From NCBI GenBank assembly GCA_033763315.1, contig JANRKS010000032.1, positions 480,001 through 544,000 of the forward strand: a stretch of DNA of 64,000 nucleotides. The letters are read 5' to 3'. The notes below the pieces were generated by a model. The model saw nothing but the letters and a program-made list of their open reading frames with translations, had not been told where the DNA came from and did no database searches. The translations under genes were made by a program, and so were the position numbers. The first letter of the stretch is position 1, and each line of letters begins with the position of its first letter. This DNA is from Deltaproteobacteria bacterium (GTDB taxonomy: Bacteria > Myxococcota_A > Polyangia > Fen-1088). Shown one piece after another: positions 58,276 to 64,000 of the stretch.

Positions 58276-59001
58276 TTGGCTTGCTCGTTGCGGGTTGGGA
58301 CCTATAACGTCCACGGGTGCGTTGGCACCGACGGCGCGTTCTCTGTGGCACGGGTGGCCCAGGTCATCTGTGAGCTCAACGTGCATCTCATTGGTCTGCA
58401 GGAGATTCATTGTGCTTCGGCGTCGGAGCACCGCGAGCTTGATGAATTGGCGACGCTTACGGGCTTGTTGCCTGTCAACGGCGGCGTGCGCCTGAACCAC
58501 CGTGGTTACTACGGCAATGCGCTGCTTACCAAGTTGCCCGTCCTGTCCCAGGCACGCATTGACTTGACTGTGAAAGGGCGCGAGCCACGTGGTGCGTTGG
58601 ACGTGGTGTTGGCCGCTTCTGAAGGGCGGCAGTTGCGCGTGATCGTCACGCACCTCGGACTGGCCGCCTGGGAACGACGCGAACAAGCGCGGCGGTTGGT
58701 GTCGGCATTGGCCGCCACGGCGTCTACGCATGCGGCAACGATTTTGCTGGGTGATTTGAACGAATGGCTGCTGTGGGGTCGCCCCTTGCGGTGGCTACAC
58801 GCCGCTTTGGGCAAAAGCGCGCACCTCGGAACGTTTCCGTCGCACCTGCCCGTCTTGGCGCTGGATCGCATCTGGGTGAACCCACGGTCGGTGCTGCGCA
58901 AAACAACACGACGTTGGACGGCTAAGACGCGGGTGGCGTCCGATCATTTGCCGCTGGTGGGGGAGCTCACGTTGCCGGAGCATCCGACGAAGACAGCTTA
59001 G
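58276..59001 (+). CDS. Endonuclease/exonuclease/phosphatase family protein (YbhP-like)
   Basis: TYNVH, LQE, GNALL, THLGL, GDLNEW, LDRI, SDHLP; start probably TTG 58276. Confidence 0.88.
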   Translation: MACSLRVGTYNVHGCVGTDGAFSVARVAQVICELNVHLIGLQEIHCASASEHRELDELATLTGLLPVNGGVRLNHRGYYGNALLTKLPVLSQARIDLTVKGREPRGALDVVLAASEGRQLRVIVTHLGLAAWERREQARRLVSALAATASTHAATILLGDLNEWLLWGRPLRWLHAALGKSAHLGTFPSHLPVLALDRIWVNPRSVLRKTTRRWTAKTRVASDHLPLVGELTLPEHPTKTA

Positions 59002-60847
59002 CCAAAACTTCGTTGAGAGCGGCGAGTTCAACCGGTTTGACCAAATGATGATCAAACCCAGCCCCTTTGGACTGCCGCTTGTCCTCTTCACTGCCCCAGC
59101 CTGTCAACGCCACAAGCATCACATTGGCGAGCTGTGCATGGGCGCGCAACGCACGCCCAACGTCATAGCCGCTGATGCCTGGAAGTCCGATGTCGCAAAA
59201 CACCAGCTGTGGTTGAAACACGGCGGCTTTCTCAAGCGCCGCTTCGCCTGAGTAAACGGCCACACTGTGGTGCCCTAACCCTTCAAGCAACATGGCCAAC
59301 AGGTCCGCGCCATCCTCGTTGTCATCAACGACTAGCACGCGTAGAGCTGGCGACTGAGGCCGCACGCTTGGCTTGGTTGGGCTGCCATTCGGCTCGTCTA
59401 TGCTTAACAACGCCGGAAGGTTTACAATAAAGGTGCTGCCTTGTCCCAGGCCACCGCTGCGCGCTTCCACTTTGCCCCCATGCTTTTCCACCAGACGCTT
59501 TACCAAAGCGAGGCCGATGCCCAAGCCGCCTTGCGATCTATGCAACGTGCGGTTCACTTGCGCGAACATGGTAAAAACATCCGGCAGCAGCTCGGGCGGT
59601 ATCCCGTAGCCATTGTCCTGCACCTGCAACACAGCCGCGTCGTCTTGCCGCTGCAGGGTAAGATCGATGCGCCCACCTTCACTCGTGTATTTGGAGGCGT
59701 TGTTTAAGATGTTGCTCAACACTTGAGCCAGCCGTGTGGCGTCGCCATCGACCCACACGGGCGTGGGCGGTGTGGCCACCGTCAATGTGTGTTTGGCGGC
59801 GTCGATGAACGGCCGGCATCCCTCAACCGCAACGTCGATCACCTCGCGCAGGTCGATGCGCTGTTTCTTCAACACCACCTTGCCACTGGTGATGCGCGAG
59901 ACGTCCAGCAAATCATCAACCAGACGAATCAAGTGCGCCAACTGGCGCCCCATCATGGTGCGTACTCTTTCGCTTTCCTTCGCATCGGAGGTGGAGTTCA
60001 GAACCTCGAGGCCTGTGCGAATGGGCGCCAAAGGATTGCGAAGTTCATGAGCCAGCGTGGCCAAAAACTCATCTTTGCGTCGATCGGCGTCCCGCACCGC
60101 CTGTTCTGCAATCTTGCGAGCCGTGATGTCTTGAGTGACCGCCAACACGTTCTCAACTTCACCGTACGCATCGCGCTCCGGAACGATCCGTGAAGCAAAA
60201 TGGCACGGGCCTGCAGGCGTTGTGTAGCTGAATTCAAGGGAGCGTGGCGTGCCGGTTTCAAATACGGAGCCCAGGGCCTCCTCCCATAGATCGCAAAGAT
60301 CGCTGGGCATTCCCAGCTCGCGGTTCGTCTTGCCCAAAAAGGCTGAGGGCAGCAGGTTCGTGGCCTGCGTGACGGCAGAGCTGACGAAGAGATGTCTGAA
60401 ATGGCGATCAAAGCGCGCCAGCACATCAGGGCTCGTGTCTGTCAGCGCCTGCAACTCACGATCGCGTGCACGCAACCGCTCTTCGGCCGCCACTTGCTCG
60501 GTGATGTCCGTGTGCGTCCCGATCCACGCAACGATGGCGCCGCTTTCATCCCTGATGGGATTGGCAATGCTCAAAAATGGCCTGTACTTCCCATCGGAAC
60601 CCTGCAGGTGCAGAACTTTGCGCAAGGGTTGGCCGGTGCTCAATGATCGCCGCCAACGCTCAACCGTGTCGGCCAGTTCGTCAGGCCTGTGCACGGCTTG
60701 CCATGCCCAACCCAGTGACGATTCTTGGGTTTGCCCCGTGTACTCAAGCCACCGGTCATTAAACCAAAGCATGCCGCCGTTGGCGTCACCCATCCACGCC
60801 AATTGGGGAATGGCGTTGGCGAGCATGCGGAAGTTCAATGCGTCCAT
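58967..60847 (-). CDS. PAS-PAS hybrid histidine kinase with C-terminal REC
   Basis: LAHELRNPL, GGLGIGL, CDIGLP. Confidence 0.92.
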   Translation of the reverse strand: MDALNFRMLANAIPQLAWMGDANGGMLWFNDRWLEYTGQTQESSLGWAWQAVHRPDELADTVERWRRSLSTGQPLRKVLHLQGSDGKYRPFLSIANPIRDESGAIVAWIGTHTDITEQVAAEERLRARDRELQALTDTSPDVLARFDRHFRHLFVSSAVTQATNLLPSAFLGKTNRELGMPSDLCDLWEEALGSVFETGTPRSLEFSYTTPAGPCHFASRIVPERDAYGEVENVLAVTQDITARKIAEQAVRDADRRKDEFLATLAHELRNPLAPIRTGLEVLNSTSDAKESERVRTMMGRQLAHLIRLVDDLLDVSRITSGKVVLKKQRIDLREVIDVAVEGCRPFIDAAKHTLTVATPPTPVWVDGDATRLAQVLSNILNNASKYTSEGGRIDLTLQRQDDAAVLQVQDNGYGIPPELLPDVFTMFAQVNRTLHRSQGGLGIGLALVKRLVEKHGGKVEARSGGLGQGSTFIVNLPALLSIDEPNGSPTKPSVRPQSPALRVLVVDDNEDGADLLAMLLEGLGHHSVAVYSGEAALEKAAVFQPQLVFCDIGLPGISGYDVGRALRAHAQLANVMLVALTGWGSEEDKRQSKGAGFDHHLVKPVELAALNEVLAKLSSSDAPAT

Positions 60848-60964
60848 CGGAGCGCAGGCAGACTAGCATGGCCGTTTCTTGTGGACTACATGGCCAAAGG
60901 CGCGTGCCGAGTGCAAGCGCGTGGCGCCGGCATGACGCTATAGTATCTGCTGGCCCACCAAGGC

Positions 60965-63900
60965 ATGAGCAACGAGTTTTCCAACGGGTTACAAGTCTTT
61001 CACCCCGCCGTCCGGGACTGGTTCACGCGTTCCTTTGCCGCACCCACCCGGGCGCAGACGCTTGGTTGGCCTGCCATCGCTGCAGGGCAATGGACCTTGA
61101 TTTTCGCACCCACGGGCAGCGGAAAAACGTTGACGGCCTTTTTGTGGGCGCTCGATCGTTTGATGTTCACCCCGCGCCCTGCAAAGGAAAGGCGTTGCAG
61201 GGTTATCTATGTTTCGCCTCTGAAGGCCTTGGCCATCGACGTTGAGCGAAACTTGCGCGCGCCCTTGGCCGGCATCGCCAACGTTGCCACTGAACGTGGC
61301 GACGCGTTTACCATCCCGCAAATTGCCATACGCACAGGCGACACCCCGCAGTCAGAGCGGGCGCGGTTCCTCAGAGATCCGGCCGACATTCTGATCACGA
61401 CGCCGGAATCGCTTTACCTCATGATGACGTCGAACGCGCGCGACGTGTTGCAAGGCACAGAAACGATCATCATCGACGAAATTCACGCGCTGGTGCCCAA
61501 CAAACGTGGCGCGCACATGATGCTTTCGATTGAACGCTTGGCATTGCGATGCACTAAGCCGCCCCAGCGGCTGGGCCTATCGGCCACGCAACGGCCGTTG
61601 GATGAAGTGTCGCGCTTTCTGGCGGGTCCCACCCGTCCCGTCACGATCATCGACACGCAGGAGAAGAAGAAGCTTTCGCTGCAGGTGGAAGTGCCGATCG
61701 AAGATATGGCACGTTTGGCGGAAGCCACGCTGGTCAGCGGCCCGGCGGCGGCGGGGCCACGTTCACCATCGCTATGGCCCGCGATTCATCCGCGCTTGCT
61801 GGAGCTCATTCGCGCGCACACGTCGACCCTGATCTTTGTCAACTCGCGACGCTTGGCGGAACGCTTGGCCACCGCGCTCAATGAGTTGGCGGGTGAGCCG
61901 TTGGTCCAAGCGCACCATGGTTCCATCGCGCGTGCGCAGCGTGTCCTTATTGAAGATGCTCTAAAGTCGGGCCGGTTGCCTGCGCTCGTCGCCACGTCCT
62001 CGCTCGAATTGGGGATCGATATGGGCGCGATCGACCTTGTGATCCAGATCGAAGCGCCGCCCTCCATCGCTTCGGGATTGCAACGCATCGGGCGCGCCAG
62101 CCACCAGGTGGGCGCGCGGTCTGAAGGCATTTTGGTGCCAAAATTTAGGGGCGATCTGGTGGCGTGCGCCGCGGTGGTGGAGGCGATGCGTGAAGGCGCA
62201 ATCGAGCCCACCCGGTACTTGCGCAACCCGCTCGATGTGTTGGCGCAGCAGCTTGTGGCCATGGTGGCGATGGACCCTTGGTCTGTCGACGCGCTGTTTG
62301 AAGCCGTTCGTGCGACGGCGCCTTACGCCGACCTATCGCGCGGCAGTTTCGACGGCGTCCTCGACATGTTGTCCGGGCTCTATCCGTCAGACGAATTCGC
62401 TGAGCTGCGGCCACGTGTCACGTGGGATCGTGTGGCCGGCACGCTGACGGCACGGCAAAGCGCGAAGCGGGTGGCCATCATCAGTGGTGGCACCATTCCA
62501 GACCGTGGGCTCTACGGTGTGTTCTTGATGGGCGCCGAGAAACGCTCGCAGGCGCGGGTCGGTGAATTGGACGAAGAGATGGTGTTCGAATCGTCACCCG
62601 GCGATACATTCATGTTGGGCGCCTCCACATGGCGAATTGAAGAGATCACACACGACCGTGTGATGGTCACGCCGGCACCGGGGCAGCCTGGGAAGATGCC
62701 CTTTTGGAAAGCGGATGCGGCCGATCGAAGCGTTCCCTTTGGTGAAGCGATCGGCAAGCTCGTGCGAGAGATCGGAGAAGCGGCGCCCGAGGCCGCGTTG
62801 GCGCGGCTGACCACGCGCCACAACCTGGACATCAAGGCGGCGCACAATTTTTTGCAGTATCTGCGCGATCAGGTGGAAGCCACGGGTGTGGTGCCTGACG
62901 ATCGCACCATCGTCATCGAGCGTGTGAAAGACGATTTAGGCGATTGGCGCGTGTGCGTTCTGTCGCCGTGGGGTGGCAAGGTGCACGCGCCGTGGGCCAT
63001 GGCCGTCACCGCGAAGGTGCGCAATGAACTGCAGATCGAAGTGGAAACGATGTGGAGCGACGACGGCTTCATCGTGCGTTTCCCCGACACAGAAAACGCA
63101 CCGGCTGCTGACTTGTTGTTGCCAACGTCCGATGAAGTGGAAGGACTGGTGTTGCGTCAATTGGGTGCCAGTGCCCTGTTTGCCGCGAAGTTTCGCGAAG
63201 CCGCCGCGCGGGCCTTGTTGCTGCCGCGGGTGCGCATCGCTGGCCGGACGCCGCTGTGGCAACAGCGAAAAAAAGCCTACGATCTTTTGCAGGTCGCCTC
63301 TCGATTTGGGTCTTTCCCAATTTTGCTTGAAGCTTATCGCGAAACGCTGCGCGATGTGTTTGACGTCCAAGCGCTGGTTGAACTGACGAAGAAAATTGGC
63401 GCCCGCGTGATTCGCGTGCACACAGTGGACACACAAAAGCCTTCGCCGTTTGCGTCGTCGGTGCTGTTTCGATACGTCGCCAACTTTCTTTACGACGGCG
63501 ATGCGCCTTTGGCCGAACGCCGGGCCCAGACGCTGGCCATCGATCAGTCACAGCTGCGCGAACTGCTGGGGGAACCCGAGCTGCGTGAGTTGCTTGACGC
63601 AGATTCATTGACGCAAACGGAACTTGAGCTGCAACACCTGGCCGAAGGGCGCAAGATCACCAGCGCCGATGGCCTGCATGATTTGTTGATCCGCTTAGGT
63701 GATCTGAACGCAAGCGAGCTTCGCGCGCGCAGCTCGGTGGACGTGTCGCCATGGCTCGCTGAGCTGCAAAAGCAACGTCGCATCATCGAGGTGACGGTGG
63801 CAGCGCAACCACGGTTCATCGCCGTTGAAGACGCTTCCCGGTACCGAGATGCCTTGGGCACACCCTTGCCACCAGGGCTTGCCGATCGCTATCTGCAATC

Positions 63901-64000
63901 CGTTGACGATCCTGTGGCAGATCTCGTGTTGCGCTTCGCGCGCACGCACGGACCCTTCACGGCACAAGATCTGTCGAGCCGCTATGGGTTGGGGGTGGCC
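60965..64000 (+). CDS. lhr: Lhr-family SF2 helicase, 3' truncated by the window edge (absent from the ORF track)
   Basis: ATG 60965: FHPAVRDWF...APTGSGKT...YVSPLKAL...TTPES...DEIH...LSAT...HHGS...ATSSLELGID...QRIGRA. Confidence 0.93.
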   Translation, partial: MSNEFSNGLQVFHPAVRDWFTRSFAAPTRAQTLGWPAIAAGQWTLIFAPTGSGKTLTAFLWALDRLMFTPRPAKERRCRVIYVSPLKALAIDVERNLRAPLAGIANVATERGDAFTIPQIAIRTGDTPQSERARFLRDPADILITTPESLYLMMTSNARDVLQGTETIIIDEIHALVPNKRGAHMMLSIERLALRCTKPPQRLGLSATQRPLDEVSRFLAGPTRPVTIIDTQEKKKLSLQVEVPIEDMARLAEATLVSGPAAAGPRSPSLWPAIHPRLLELIRAHTSTLIFVNSRRLAERLATALNELAGEPLVQAHHGSIARAQRVLIEDALKSGRLPALVATSSLELGIDMGAIDLVIQIEAPPSIASGLQRIGRASHQVGARSEGILVPKFRGDLVACAAVVEAMREGAIEPTRYLRNPLDVLAQQLVAMVAMDPWSVDALFEAVRATAPYADLSRGSFDGVLDMLSGLYPSDEFAELRPRVTWDRVAGTLTARQSAKRVAIISGGTIPDRGLYGVFLMGAEKRSQARVGELDEEMVFESSPGDTFMLGASTWRIEEITHDRVMVTPAPGQPGKMPFWKADAADRSVPFGEAIGKLVREIGEAAPEAALARLTTRHNLDIKAAHNFLQYLRDQVEATGVVPDDRTIVIERVKDDLGDWRVCVLSPWGGKVHAPWAMAVTAKVRNELQIEVETMWSDDGFIVRFPDTENAPAADLLLPTSDEVEGLVLRQLGASALFAAKFREAAARALLLPRVRIAGRTPLWQQRKKAYDLLQVASRFGSFPILLEAYRETLRDVFDVQALVELTKKIGARVIRVHTVDTQKPSPFASSVLFRYVANFLYDGDAPLAERRAQTLAIDQSQLRELLGEPELRELLDADSLTQTELELQHLAEGRKITSADGLHDLLIRLGDLNASELRARSSVDVSPWLAELQKQRRIIEVTVAAQPRFIAVEDASRYRDALGTPLPPGLADRYLQSVDDPVADLVLRFARTHGPFTAQDLSSRYGLGVA

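Noticed and set aside
7200-60900. Island as a recently acquired mobile element
   Set aside because: No integrase, transposase or flanking direct repeats, and no obvious compositional break from leuS or lhr by eye

Overview
Bacterial DNA of about 60% GC, probably Myxococcota (inferred from Cys-rich lipoproteins, a Hanks-type kinase and many two-component genes). Housekeeping or unrelated genes lie at the edges: a porin and periplasmic-binding-protein pair, tRNA-Thr(CGT), DUF167, leuS and an MFS transporter on the left, and an Lhr helicase on the right. Between them (about 7.2-60.9 kb) is a dense cluster of genes that elsewhere belong to general-stress regulons: CsbD, BON/OsmY, YihY, PA2169/DUF2383, FumC, CBS, GlgX, TreY, YtxH, ElaB/YqjE-like, lmo0937-like, hemerythrin, TspO, GlsB/YeaQ, TamAB and PLD-DedA plus EEP. 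These are interleaved with six histidine kinases, orphan CheR/CheB and one sigma54 enhancer-binding protein. By eye I found 23 correctly spaced and oriented sigma54 (-24/-12)-like promoters in front of most transcription units, often with GTAAC/GTTAC pentamers upstream. One of them points into a G-rich, structured 300-nt segment with no recognisable gene, a candidate sRNA. The main hypothesis is a sigma54-wired general stress response island. No CRISPR, integrase or transposase was seen. All family assignments come from motif recognition, not database searches.
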